A stretch of 63,022 nucleotides of DNA, the filler included. It is 12 parts of 12 records of this genome, joined end to end, with 100 filler letters (N's around TTAATTAATTAA, not from the genome) between each part and the next. Parts side by side here need not be neighbours in the genome. Positions count along the whole stretch, not along the records: positions 30,396 to 36,282 come from SRR15195285_3715; positions 36,383 to 43,908 come from SRR15195285_3719; 10 more parts are not named here. One strand, given 5' to 3'. The position numbers were made by a program, and so were the translations under genes. How positions within the stretch are numbered: the stretch's first letter is position 1; the number at the start of each line of letters is the position of its first letter. The notes under the pieces are model-generated. The model was not told the origin of the DNA. It did not search any database and was given only the letters and a program-made list of their open reading frames with translations. Of this stretch, positions 30,477 to 41,800 are shown in pieces.

Positions 30477-33400
30477 ATGTCTGCTACGCTGCCACTATGG
30501 TTCGGCGCGGCTGCTGCTGCCGTCGCGATTACTACCCCTGCTGCTGGCGCCGCTGGCGCCGCTGCTGCCAGTAGCGCGCCACTAGACGAACAGGTGCTGT
30601 CCCAGCGGGGCGATCCAGACTTCACGTCAGAAAAAGGAGACTTCTGCATTGGCTGCCACCCTGGACCTCCAATGTACTCGGCGATCACCACAGTTGTTGC
30701 TTGCGAGACGAAGTGCAAACAGCTCAACTGTGCCTGCTACGACTTCAACGGTAAGAAGAAACACGGAGCTGTTGGGACCTGTCGCATAACTAACACTAGC
30801 ACTGCAGTCAAGAAAAGCAGCGCTGGGTTCAATGCGTTCGTCCATGACGGTTGGACCCCAAGTGCACCACCTCTACCTCCCACCACCGCTGTACTTTCAG
30901 TCGATTTCAGTGCTGGCCCTGGCAAGCCACTGCACAACTTCTGGCATTCTTGTGGCTGGTGCCCACCTGATCCACACCCAGACTTTCCAAGCTACTTTGC
31001 ACGCGAAGACTTGGCTCAGAACCATCTCGTCATCGGGTCTGTCCCACACAAAGGGATCAAATATGTTCGCATCCATTATCTATTTGACCTCATCAAGCTG
31101 CTGCCCACCGATACACCGGCAGAGGCCGTCCCTAACGGCTCGGGCTACCGATTCAGCTCCGTTGCGGGCCATATGGCAGGTGTTGGACTTAACTTCACTG
31201 CCCTAGACAAGGCAATGGACCAGCTAAGCGCTGCTGGTCTCTATCCTGGGTTTGAAATTATGGGCAACCCTGGAAACAGTAAGAACCGCACAGATCGTCT
31301 CTTTACAGACTTCTCAAACCACACGCAGATTCTTGGCTGGAAGGCACTTGTCCACACAGTAGCAGCTCGATATATCGAGCGCTATGGTGCAGAAACCGTA
31401 CGGCAGTGGCGATGGTGCGATATGCCTGCGTGATGACATAGCTTCTGCTCTTAGATTGCTGCCATCTATACCATATCCGATGTTTGGACGTGTGAATCTG
31501 TCTCTCTGTAGGGAGAGTTGGAATGAGCCCGACGGCCAGTGTGGGCGCGATCTAACGGTCGGCATCAAATGCAGCATCCCTGCCTTCCTCGCTTACTACG
31601 ATGCCTGCTCAGCCGGGCTGAGTGAAGCGGACCCACACTTATTATTCGTGAGTGTCTACAAATTGTCGTTCAATTGGACTCAATGATACTCTCATTGCTA
31701 CAAGTATGAGATTTCTCATGTGTGCGTCTCTTACTTGTAGGGCGGTCCTGCATCAGACGGAGCCAAGAACTTCCTGTTCGCTTTGGTCAGTCACTGCCTC
31801 AATGGGACGAACGCGATTACCGGCCAGGTTGGGTGTGGTGCACGGCCGTCATTTTTCAACGCGCATCTAAAAGGCTCGCAGTCAAGCTACCCAATAACCG
31901 CAGCGGAGCTGCCGGTTGCTCAACGCGTTGCACAAATGACCGAGGTGCGCTGAGCTGATGGACACTGCTCTCAGAGCATATGGCTGCCCGGTGTTCTAAA
32001 GTAAAACGGTGTTCGGCTAGGGTACGCCACTGGAAGGTGTTGCCTGGGGCAATGACGAGGCGGATCCCAAAGTGCACTGGTCGAGCTCCTACGGATGGCG
32101 CGCGGACGCCCGTTATGCTGCGATGGTACCGAAGGTTGTGACACAGCACCTCGATGCGTTTGTGCCTGGGCCAACGCTCGGGGTGAACTTTCAATACGAT
32201 GTATTGTCAAACGGTGCGCAACTGTGCCGTTGTGCACCTTCCTGCCCGTTCTTTGCCTTTGAACACAATTTTGTTCTTGTTTCACAAAACTTGCATGGCT
32301 TGTTGGCTTGAATTTGCAGACAAGTAAGTCACCGCCTGCAGATACTCCGGCGCTTAGCTGTGATCTAGGTGTCATCTAGCCTGGTGCACTATTTGTCTGG
32401 CGGCAACTATAGCCAACGTGCAAATGCGTTGCTTTTGCACAGCGGCTTTTTGCCATACCCGGACAACAATCAGTCTGTCTTCGCACAGCGCACGCTGGTT
32501 GCACGCTTCGCAATGAATCATTCCAAGCCACCATCTGTTGAGACAGTCCGCAAGCCAGTACTGAACGCAATGGCGCTGATGAGCAAGCTCGGCAGCACGC
32601 GTTACCCACTAGTGGGTGGTGGCCCGTCCAGAGCAGCACGACTTGGTGGCATTGCGACACTCAACACTATGGTGGCATCATCATCGCGGCTGTCGTCTAC
32701 TGCAGACGAGCACAGTTCCCTCTCCGCTGCAGAAAATGAGGCCGCCATTGTGCTGTACAGCTCCGACGACTCTGCCCCAAGCAATCCAACAAGTTTAACT
32801 GAAGTGAATTTGACACTTTCAGGTGCCAGATTGACACTGTGTTGACATGATAACACTCAACTTGATGATGCTGAATGTGCTAGGATTTGTCCTGTTGACT
32901 CTCGTCTAGGATCTGTCGATCATTGGCTCACTCCGTGGCATTCACGTTCACCGCTGCAGGGCTCCCGGCTGCTCTTCGTCCTGGAACTGAAGCTGCAGTG
33001 GCGATCTGGCTGCTCGACGACATCAATGGTAACGCTCATGCTGTTTGGGAGAAAATGTCCAAGCCATTGTACCCCACACCAGCACAGTTTGCGGCGATGC
33101 GAAACGCTTCTGAGTTGAGTCTCGCTCCTGGGTTTCCCCGCAAGGTACACGATGCTTCGTCAACCTTCGACTGACCGTGGCAGTGACAGCTTACTTTCGT
33201 TCGCGTATGCAGATTGACAGTACAAGCATCATAGTACCAATGCGAACTCCCTCTGTTGCACTGGTCCATGTCTGTGGCTCGGTTCGCGAAGGCGCCCCTG
33301 CGACCACTCCAAGACTTCACAAGACCACAACACCTGGCACGACCATTGTGCGATGGAGTGAGTTGCTGCCAGACTCCGGCAGATGCATAGCCAAGTATAT

Positions 33401-33766
33401 TGTCGAGCAAGGCCCGAATCCAGCGGGTGGATCTCCGGCCTGCTGCAACAATGAGGGCTTGCAAGACGGGTTTAGGGCTTTGAATGATCCCGACCCAACG
33501 GGTTTCGGTGGTGGGACAATATTCAATGGATACATTCATGCCGGTGCAGGTGAGTGAAATCAGAAACACAACACGTTGCTTCTTCACCTCAGGAACACCA
33601 TCTCCGTCGCTCTAATGTGCACATCTCCTTTTGATATGTGCTGCCTGACTCTCAACTGTTCGATTGTGTAGCTAATTGCGATAGGTGTTGCTATCGCGTG
33701 AAGTCGAGAGACTATTGGGGAGCCCTATCTCCACCATCCAACGTTACCTGCACAGCTGAGTTGTGA
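30477..33766 (+). CDS. GH39 alpha-L-iduronidase-like secreted hydrolase with N-terminal PAN/apple-like and C-terminal FnIII-like domains; multi-exon
   Basis: FWHSCGWCPPDPH, GSVPHKGIKYVRIH, PGFEIMGNP, WESWNEPD (acid/base), NDEADP (nucleophile), SNDNGFL, FAQRTLVARF, YRVKSRDYWG. Confidence 0.9.
32320..32323 (+). other. 4-nt microexon ACAA of the GH39 gene
   Basis: tttgcag|ACAA|gtaagt; inclusion restores the frame and the conserved SNDNxFL motif. Confidence 0.85.
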
Positions 33767-33813
33767 GCAAGAGGAAGCTCTTCAGGATCACAAATCCTAA
33801 TGCAACATGAATT

Positions 33814-35898
33814 TCAGAGCTCTGTATCATCCTTCCTACACGCGCCATTGGCACAGTCCTTTTGCACAAAGAACTGGTACATTGCACTAAATGTCTGCGG
33901 ATAGATCTTCTCAAATTCATGCCACTTCTTTAAACTTGCTTGCTTCGAAAAGGCATCAACCCCAGAGCGTTCCTGAAACAATGCTGGCACCGCGCTGTCA
34001 AAGGTGGGCGCAAATCGCCGCCAGCGCAAGCCAACTTGTTTCAGTAGCTTGCTAAGCTGTAGTATCGAGTACGATCTTTCGTGTGGATGCAGACAGAGGT
34101 CTCGGGTGCCCGTTATAGACGCAAAGTCTTCCGTCCGAATAATGTCACTCGCCCATTCATGCCGAGGCATTCTAGAATTCGTGGTGTCTGCTGCTTGTGG
34201 TGCGCCCATGGCTATCAAGACCTGGCGAAACTCGCGAACCGAAACGTCACTGGATGCATTGTATAGCTTGCCAGTCTCACGACATGGTGTGGCCGTGTCT
34301 CGCCGAGCAAGTTTCGAGTAGAGTGCTAAATTAAGCATGGCGCCTGAGCGCAGTAGGTCCACAAGGACAGCAAGGGCCTCTGCTGGTTTCTCTAGGTGAT
34401 GTAAAACTCCGCTACTCTCCAGGAAATCAAAAGGTGCCTGGCTCGTGATTTCCGCAGGCAGATTAAGGATATCACCCTGGACAAAGCGCACATTAGTCAA
34501 ACCCAGCTCATCGACGCGTCGCGCTGCATAGCTTAAGGACGTGAGACTCAAATCCACCGCCCAGATTTCAACTAGAGATCCAAAATGACGGGCAAATATC
34601 GTTAGCATGTAGCCTGTCCCGCATCCAGCCCAAAGCACCTTCATCGGTCGGTGCGATGACATGAATGCTGGCCACCCATGAGGTGTCACAAATCCAACAG
34701 CATCGAGCCAGTCTTGCGGATGATCAGGCCATCGAATTGGCGGTGGATTTCGACTCCACCTGGGATACGGACTGTGCTCGTACATCATTCGTACAGCACA
34801 CGAAACTGTTTCTTCAGCAGAGCATTCACGATGCCGTATGTTAGATGGGTCTATTTCCTCGCGAAGCTCCTTTTCCCGAAGCGGCTCTGCGATAACCAGA
34901 CGCCACAGCTGCCAGAATGGCCACGATACTCCAATATGTTCCCGCTCTGCCATAAAAGCTCTGTCCCACCGCGGCAAAGATGTCCTTGTTTTCACAAATG
35001 GTGGTGCGCCGCGGTACGCAGCGTACGCAGATATCAGCAGCTTGTAAGACGTGTCATCTGGCAATGGATTCTGATCGTGTAGTAGCTGAGTGGTCTTTTC
35101 AATAAGCAGCATGTCCTGTCTGTCTTCGGCCCACGCATAGTCAGTGAGGAAAGCCTGGCAAGCAACTGCAGCCGTCAGACCGAGGTACTCCTCAGCTTGA
35201 TCCAGTGGCCTTCCTTTCTCGGCTGCACTTAAGATCTTAGTCACCAACCGTTGCCGCGCCGTAGTAAACTCGTATTCCCATTGGACATGCTCGTTGCCAT
35301 GGAAAATATGGGATACCAGCATCGGTATCAAACTTTTCGGCCAGTGTCGACCCGCGCCAGGCCTAGCTGACCCCGCAGCATGACCCCACAAAGACTGTTG
35401 GGCTGCTTCATTCGGATCCAAGTAGTCCAGATAGGCGGCAATTTTCTGTACTGGCAACACCAACGTGTCCATTGGCAACTCAAACCGCGCAGCTGCGCTC
35501 AAACGCGCGTCTAAGTGCGCGGCATCTGTCAGCGAGATATGCGGTAAGGTATCCGGTGAGCCGTAGCTCAACAGCTGCACAGCGACAGGGAATATTGTCA
35601 CTAGGTACTGACTGCATTCTGCGGCCGTAGGAGACTGCTTGGATGGTGGCCCGCCGAAACCAGCGTCTGCGACACCTCCCATTCCAGGTAAGTCGAACTC
35701 TTCCTGGCATGCATAGCGCAGCTGGCGGGCTAGATCTGCGAGCGAGAGAGGCTGTTCCTGGGTATGCGTCTTTTCAAAAGATTGCCTGGCCATCGCATCA
35801 GTCAGCGGCTCCTCCTCTCCATCGATTGCGATTCCACAGCAGACCGAAAACATTAGTATAGCAGTCGTAGCTGCAGTTGAGGCTCTCTGAAACGACAT
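33814..35898 (-). CDS. Class I SAM-dependent methyltransferase with signal peptide
   Basis: VRMMYEHSPYPRW, VLWAGCGTG, AVDLSLTSLSYA, SSGVLHHL, RDLCLHPHE; hydrophobic N-terminus; ends DDTEL. Confidence 0.85.
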   Translation of the reverse strand: MSFQRASTAATTAILMFSVCCGIAIDGEEEPLTDAMARQSFEKTHTQEQPLSLADLARQLRYACQEEFDLPGMGGVADAGFGGPPSKQSPTAAECSQYLVTIFPVAVQLLSYGSPDTLPHISLTDAAHLDARLSAAARFELPMDTLVLPVQKIAAYLDYLDPNEAAQQSLWGHAAGSARPGAGRHWPKSLIPMLVSHIFHGNEHVQWEYEFTTARQRLVTKILSAAEKGRPLDQAEEYLGLTAAVACQAFLTDYAWAEDRQDMLLIEKTTQLLHDQNPLPDDTSYKLLISAYAAYRGAPPFVKTRTSLPRWDRAFMAEREHIGVSWPFWQLWRLVIAEPLREKELREEIDPSNIRHRECSAEETVSCAVRMMYEHSPYPRWSRNPPPIRWPDHPQDWLDAVGFVTPHGWPAFMSSHRPMKVLWAGCGTGYMLTIFARHFGSLVEIWAVDLSLTSLSYAARRVDELGLTNVRFVQGDILNLPAEITSQAPFDFLESSGVLHHLEKPAEALAVLVDLLRSGAMLNLALYSKLARRDTATPCRETGKLYNASSDVSVREFRQVLIAMGAPQAADTTNSRMPRHEWASDIIRTEDFASITGTRDLCLHPHERSYSILQLSKLLKQVGLRWRRFAPTFDSAVPALFQERSGVDAFSKQASLKKWHEFEKIYPQTFSAMYQFFVQKDCANGACRKDDTEL

Positions 35899-36004
35899 TA
35901 TCCGTACTACCGGTACTGTAGAACGCTGACTCGCACAACAGTATTGCAGTATAAGAGGTAGCTAGAGCGCGCCTGTTCACGAGCAACGCCCAACGCGCCA
36001 CCGT

Positions 36005-36082
36005 GCACCCTGTCGGTACGTAGAGCACCCTGTCGGTACGTGGAGGGAGCGCCCTGTCCGTACGTAAAGCACCCGCTGTCCG
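36005..36082. repeat. ~20-bp tandem repeat (GCACCCTGTCGGTACGTAGA), three copies plus a partial, upstream of the methyltransferase
   Basis: Copies start at 36005, 36025, 36049, 36069. Confidence 0.85.
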
Positions 36083-36399
36083 CGGCGCCGCACGGTCGGT
36101 ACGTACGCCGGTACAGATAGTACCGACCGTCGTCCGCCTGCCACCAGTGCGCCCTGCGACGGCGGCGCGCGCGGCGCCGGCGGGCGCCACGCACGCGCGC
36201 ATGCACAGCAGCCAGAATTCCGGCCCTGACGCGTTCGAGCCACACCGCTCCAGAAGGACTGTGGAGGTCAGTGACGGACTGANNNNNNNNNNNNNNNNNN
36301 NNNNNNNNNNNNNNNNNNNNNNNNNNTTAATTAATTAANNNNNNNNNNNNNNNNNNNNNNNNNNNNNNNNNNNNNNNNNNNNATTTCTCACCGGAGCAG

Positions 36400-36957
36400 G
36401 AGTGCTTGGAGCGATGGATCAACACGCGGGGCAGCGTGCGGCAGGATGGGCAGGAGGAGCGCCACACATGCGAGGTGTGCCGGGGGCCATACAACGTCAG
36501 CGTGAAGGCGAAGCTCGGGAAGGGCAAGCTGTGCTCCATGGCGTCGTGGAGCCAGTACTTCACGTGCGTGCTCATGCTCCTCATGTTCGTGATGCTGGGC
36601 TTCGTGATCTGGGTCTACATCAATTCGGAAGAGTATAAGAGCGAGGAGAATGCTGACACGAACTGGGTGCTCTGGTCGCTCACTGCCGCCACGGGCCTGC
36701 TGTTCCTTTCCACTATGAAGAAGATCTACGAGAGATGGCGCGACGTCAACGTTACCGAGACTGTGCAGGTCAACGAGCGCACCGACCCGGATGCGGCGGT
36801 GGTGCAGCCGGTGGGGCAGTCGGCCCAGGGCGCCCTGCTCGCGGCCCCGGCGGAGACGTTCGCTCCAGACGTCTCGGCGTCGGTGCTGCTGCACGCCGCG
36901 CCGGTGGAGGTGGAGCAAACGGTCGCAGAAGCCGACTCTGTGGTGCAAAGTGTCTAG
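36400..36957 (+). CDS. RING-CH (MARCH-like) membrane E3 ligase, last exon
   Basis: ECLERWIN..CEVC..Y followed by two TM helices; acceptor cag before 36400. Confidence 0.8.
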   Translation, partial: ECLERWINTRGSVRQDGQEERHTCEVCRGPYNVSVKAKLGKGKLCSMASWSQYFTCVLMLLMFVMLGFVIWVYINSEEYKSEENADTNWVLWSLTAATGLLFLSTMKKIYERWRDVNVTETVQVNERTDPDAAVVQPVGQSAQGALLAAPAETFAPDVSASVLLHAAPVEVEQTVAEADSVVQSV

Positions 36958-37074
36958 AGAGGAGGCGTGGCGGCCGTGATTCGGCACGTCACTGTGTAAC
37001 CATAATGATTGAGCGCGGTAACTCAACACGCTGGCACCACCGCATAGGCAGAGTGTGCATTGATGCGGATGCGG

Positions 37075-38187
37075 CTACTCGACGCAGTGATGCACCGCCC
37101 TCGCAAGCTTGTGGTCACACTCTCTTCGCTTCGCGTCCAGTTGCATTGCTAGCTGCTGTTTTGCCTCGCGAGTGCTCCACCGCTCTGCCCCTGCCACCTT
37201 GTCCTGATCAAGCCCGCCGCTACCATGGTCATTGTCACCCGCAGCCGCCGTTGTCAGCCGGTGCGCGTGCGCGAGGTCCCGGGAGGCGCCGTGCCAGTCG
37301 CCCATCTCTGCTCTCATTTGACCGCGCAAAAAGAGCGCCTCCAGATGATTCGGTTCACAACATAGAACCTCCTCTGCGCAGTAGCAGCCGCCCTCGAGAG
37401 ACCCCGTGCGCATGTACACGCCCGTCAGTGCGGTGTGCAAGGCAACCCACAGATGTTCCGTCCGCGCAGCACGGCGGTCCAGCTCAAGGTCGCTCAGCGG
37501 GGCGGCACCTGCTGCCTCAGCGGCATGCTCGGGCTCTGCCTCCGGCTCGGGTTCCAAGAAGTAGGACTTGAGCTGCCACCTCCCCGCGCCGAGCGCCGCG
37601 ATTGCATCCTCCCAGCGGTCTTCGGAGCTGTGCTGTTGCCCGATGCGAAGGTAATCCGTAGCCAGTGCAACCTGGTCCTCGAGCGAAACGCCGACGGCCA
37701 CGGCACCCGTGGGAATCTTCGGAGCGGCCACCGGCACCGGCTCATCTCCCACGATGGGGGCAGGGGCTCCCATGGCGACGTCGCTTGCGTCAGCTGCGGC
37801 ATTCGGAACAGCGGCAGCGTCAGCCAACCCTGCGAAGTCGAAGCGGTTGGCACGAGACGGCTCGTCGTCCTGCTCCTCCTCGCGGCGCTGGGTCTGCACC
37901 AGCAGCTGCACCGCCGCCTCGCGCGCCCGCGCCCAGGCCGGCTCGTCCTCGTGGATACGGCGGCCCATCGCCACCTCAGCATCCAGGGCGCCCACATCGC
38001 CCCGGTGCGCGGCCTCGAACATCAGCTTCGCCGATCGGGCCGCCTCCATGCAGCTGAACTCCAGCTCCAGCGCCGGAGCCTCTGGCGGCGCGTCCACGTC
38101 GCCGTCCCGCTCCCGCTCCTCTGCGATCTGCCGCGGATCCCTGGGACGCAGCACCAGCTCGCCGGTCTCCCCAGCGGACTCAGCCAT
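37075..38187 (-). CDS. TPR-containing protein
   Basis: EVLCCEPNHLEALFLRGQMRAEMGDWHGASRDLAHAHRL is a TPR; ATG 38187 inferred. Confidence 0.7.
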   Translation of the reverse strand: MAESAGETGELVLRPRDPRQIAEERERDGDVDAPPEAPALELEFSCMEAARSAKLMFEAAHRGDVGALDAEVAMGRRIHEDEPAWARAREAAVQLLVQTQRREEEQDDEPSRANRFDFAGLADAAAVPNAAADASDVAMGAPAPIVGDEPVPVAAPKIPTGAVAVGVSLEDQVALATDYLRIGQQHSSEDRWEDAIAALGAGRWQLKSYFLEPEPEAEPEHAAEAAGAAPLSDLELDRRAARTEHLWVALHTALTGVYMRTGSLEGGCYCAEEVLCCEPNHLEALFLRGQMRAEMGDWHGASRDLAHAHRLTTAAAGDNDHGSGGLDQDKVAGAERWSTREAKQQLAMQLDAKRRECDHKLARAVHHCVE

Positions 38188-38485
38188 AGCGACGCCGCCT
38201 CTGCGTCGCTCCGCGCGCGGGCCGCAGGCCGCAGCAGCCCACCTGTCGCCAAACTGTATCTTCAAAGTTTAATTAGCGGTCGTGGTCGCGTAATTTTCCC
38301 GTGTGTACACACAATCAAGGACTTCCCTATCCGAGGGAATTTTCGCCAGGGAAGCGCAGCCTGAGACCTGTCAAAATTACAGATATATCTGGGTCTGGTA
38401 CACTGAGGGCAGGAGCCTAGAGTGGCGCAGCACTGGGGTGGGGTGGGGAGCTCTCCACGCGCGAATCCGCGGCCACTGTCGCTGT

Positions 38486-38659
38486 CAGGAGCGTTCATGC
38501 ACGGAGCGGCCGCGCGGACACGCGGTATGAGCATTCATGCATCGCTGTCAGGAGCATTCACACGATTCATGCATGATCTCATCGTGGCAGGAGCATTCAG
38601 AATCTTGATCAGTCAATCCGGCGAATGAATCATCCGGAATGGTGCCAGCAGGAGCGTTC
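38486..38659 (+). promoter_or_regulatory. Four copies of CAGGAGC(G/A)TTC in the divergent TPR/TRP intergenic region
   Basis: Copies at 38486, 38549, 38588, 38649; regulatory role is inferred from position only. Confidence 0.45.
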
Positions 38660-38855
38660 TGAATTCTGCTGCCCGACGACACATGCGCGCGCGCGCGCGT
38701 GCATGCGCTACGCTACCGTATAGCATTACCATTAACACACCGGCCGCGGCGATATTGGCGCTCTTGCGCCCCGCCTGCTGGTACGTAGTAGCCTGAGGTG
38801 CAGCGTGCGAAACACGCAAGACGCGGCGTCTTTTGCAGTACAAAACTCCGCGAAC

Positions 38856-41800
38856 ATGCCTGAGAGCGATGGGTCCAGTGACACTCTCGCAGCTGTTGTC
38901 GGCTCTGAGGCGCTCTCGACTGAGGCGTTGACGGCCGCGCTGGCACTGGAGCCAGCAGATTGGGGCGCCACGGCGCAGGGCGAGGTGTCTGTGCTGCACA
39001 GGCTCTGCGCTAATCCGGTGCTTGATGTAGACACCCTGCGGCTGGCTGCACAGACGACGAAGACGACCGATTGGACGACAGGCGACGACACGCCGCTGCA
39101 TCTACTGTGCCAAAGGTCAGAACCTGAGCTACTGCGCGTAGTTTCGGAGTTTACAGACGAGGCTGCTTGGCTCGCGCACGACTCCCGCGGCAACACGATC
39201 ATGCACTGCCTTTGCGGAACTACGTCCGCGCCAGTATATGGGCCAATTAACGCCGAGATGCTCCGAGCTGCCAGTGACGCCGCAGGCGCAGTCGGCTGGC
39301 GAGCCAAGCAGCGAGAGCTTGGCCCCGGCGCCTCAGACAGTCTCCGAGACAGCTGCAACGACACACCACTGCATCGTCTGTGCAGTGTGTTTAGCGGAGA
39401 TCTTGATCCAAGCTTGCTGCGGGACGCGAGCAGCTGTGCGGGGCCCGATGCCTGGCGCACACAGGGAGCGGGCGGCAGGACACCGTTGCATGTTCTCTGT
39501 GCCAACGATCGGTGCGGGCTCAGCGTGGATCTGTTGGAGATTCCATCATCGGCGGTTGGCAGCGACATCTGGACCCTGACAGATAGGACAAATTTTACAG
39601 ACGATAAATTGTATGGCAGGCCAGGCGGATATACTGCGCTTCACGAGTTGTGCAGGAATCCACAGGTGACAGCGCAACTACTTCAGTTTGCCAGCGAGCA
39701 AACCGGAGCTGATGGGTGGCGACTAGCTGACGCACAAGGTCGCACGCCATGTCATCACCTGGTTTGCGATCAAGACACTATACCAGCAGAGCTGATAAAT
39801 ACCGCTGCCAAGAACAGTGGCACCGCACTGCTACAAGATTTTTACATATCACCAGCGGACAACATCGCAACCGAAACTGTTCTCCTCGAATCTGTGTTCA
39901 AGAACCACCCACCGGACGACTTTAGTGGCGCACTTGAATGGCTGACGCACGAGAATCTGTGGGCACAAGCACCGGCGGCCGGGAAGCAAAATTACAACCC
40001 TCTGGCCGTTGCCACGGCCTTGAAGCATGGCCCATGGGTTAAGGCGATCGTCGACCTGCTCCTTGAACGGACACTCGATGACGAACCTGTCCTCAAGTAT
40101 GCACTCATGCATCGTACAGTTGGCATGTCGGCGAACATCGCCGCATTGTTCGATATGGACTATGGCGTCTACGCAGTGATGCTGTTAAGTGAGGCGGGGG
40201 TGCTCAATGTGCCAGGCACGTACGGCGCTCCACACATCAACCCTGAGGCCGGGCTGTTATACGCATGTTGCGAGGATCGGTTTGACTGCGAAATTCACGA
40301 CCGGCTTATCGGCGACTTTGACTCACGGTCCCACTCAAACGGAAGTACTATCGTTCAGAAGGACAATGGACAACGAGCCACAACCTCGAGCAAATGGGGC
40401 CAAGTGTTTTTGAATTGGCAGAACCTTGAGTATAGCCAGCTAGACTCCACGGTGAAAAGCATGAGCCCCAGAGACAGGGACTGGAACGGTTTCATGGTGA
40501 TTCAACCTGGCGCCCAAAACTGGACCGCGCTTGCTCAAGTGCATGAACAATTTCAGCCAGCTTGGTCGCTATTGCCGCAAAAGCGAATTGTTCGGGTTCC
40601 AAGCGAACCAGTGATGTTCGGCATCGATGGAGCGTCGCGACCAGGGCGGAAGGGACTGCTTGGCATAGTGCTGAAGCACACACAGCGCGAGAGATACAAT
40701 GAAGTATTCGCCTCTGAACTCATTTATCAGCTGATAAAGTTCAAGTGGCAGACGTACGGGCAGCAACTGTTCTTCAAAGAAACGGCTGTCCACATGGCTC
40801 TCGTCGTGAGCTGGACAATCGTTGCATGCTTTGAGTGCCGCGATGATATAAGTTTGTGGAAGTATGTCGGTACTGCTGAAGCCGTTGGTGCAGCTTCATG
40901 TTGTATTTTCACAGGCCTTTGTTTCGACACTGTGGATTCGATGCAGCAAGCGTGCTTGCTGCGTGGTCTCCTGCTGCTCTTGGTTGCGCTGCCTGCTGTC
41001 GCTGCCGGCGTGATCTTGAGCGCGGGTGGCACCAAGTGGTTTGTGGTGGCTGCAACCGTCATCTTGATCAGCGTAGCTGCCCGCAATGTTCGCAATGAGA
41101 TTCTTCAACTTCGCGATGCGACCCTGAGTGCGGCGGATTTTAACGAACAGTATCCACCGACGCAGCAATTGCCATCATCAAAAGAACATCTTGCTGAGAC
41201 CTTCAGGAGCTTGGATTCGGAAGGCATTGCAGTGACGAGAGACACTAAATCTGCCACGGCGCTTGAAAAGTACGAGTTGGTGGACAGTGCAGCCGCAGAC
41301 GATGATAGTGCTGCCAAAGCACAGGAAACGATAGAGCAGCAGCCTTTGCCAAAGCCTGCGAAATTTCTATTCGACCACTTCGACACCGATGCGACAGGAC
41401 TGCTAACTAAGCAGAATTTCAAAGCATACATTCAGGCTATCGGCCTGTGGGAGACTGGCAATGGCCTTAAACAAGGATCATGGGTGTACCGGTACACTGA
41501 CGACCCCACGGGGCCTGGACACGGTGGTGGCGATGGTTGGTCTTCCGGCAGAAATCTTTACACTGGAGAAGATACTGGACACTGTGGGTTTGATGAAGGG
41601 TGGGTCGACGACTGTGAAGAACTTGGATGCACTACTGCAGGAGTTCCCTTCTCGGTCTTCGAGAACAAGATCTACGGAGAGCTGCGCACGGGCACGATGA
41701 ACAACCTGGATGCAGACCTTCAGAAGGTCTTCGGGAAAAGCACGGCGCGACTTCAACAGGACCTGCATCGCCAATTCCAAGAGCAGGAGGCGATGCGCCA

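Noticed and set aside
36005-36082. CRISPR-like reading of the 20-bp repeats
   Set aside because: Directly tandem with no spacers, no cas genes, eukaryotic context.
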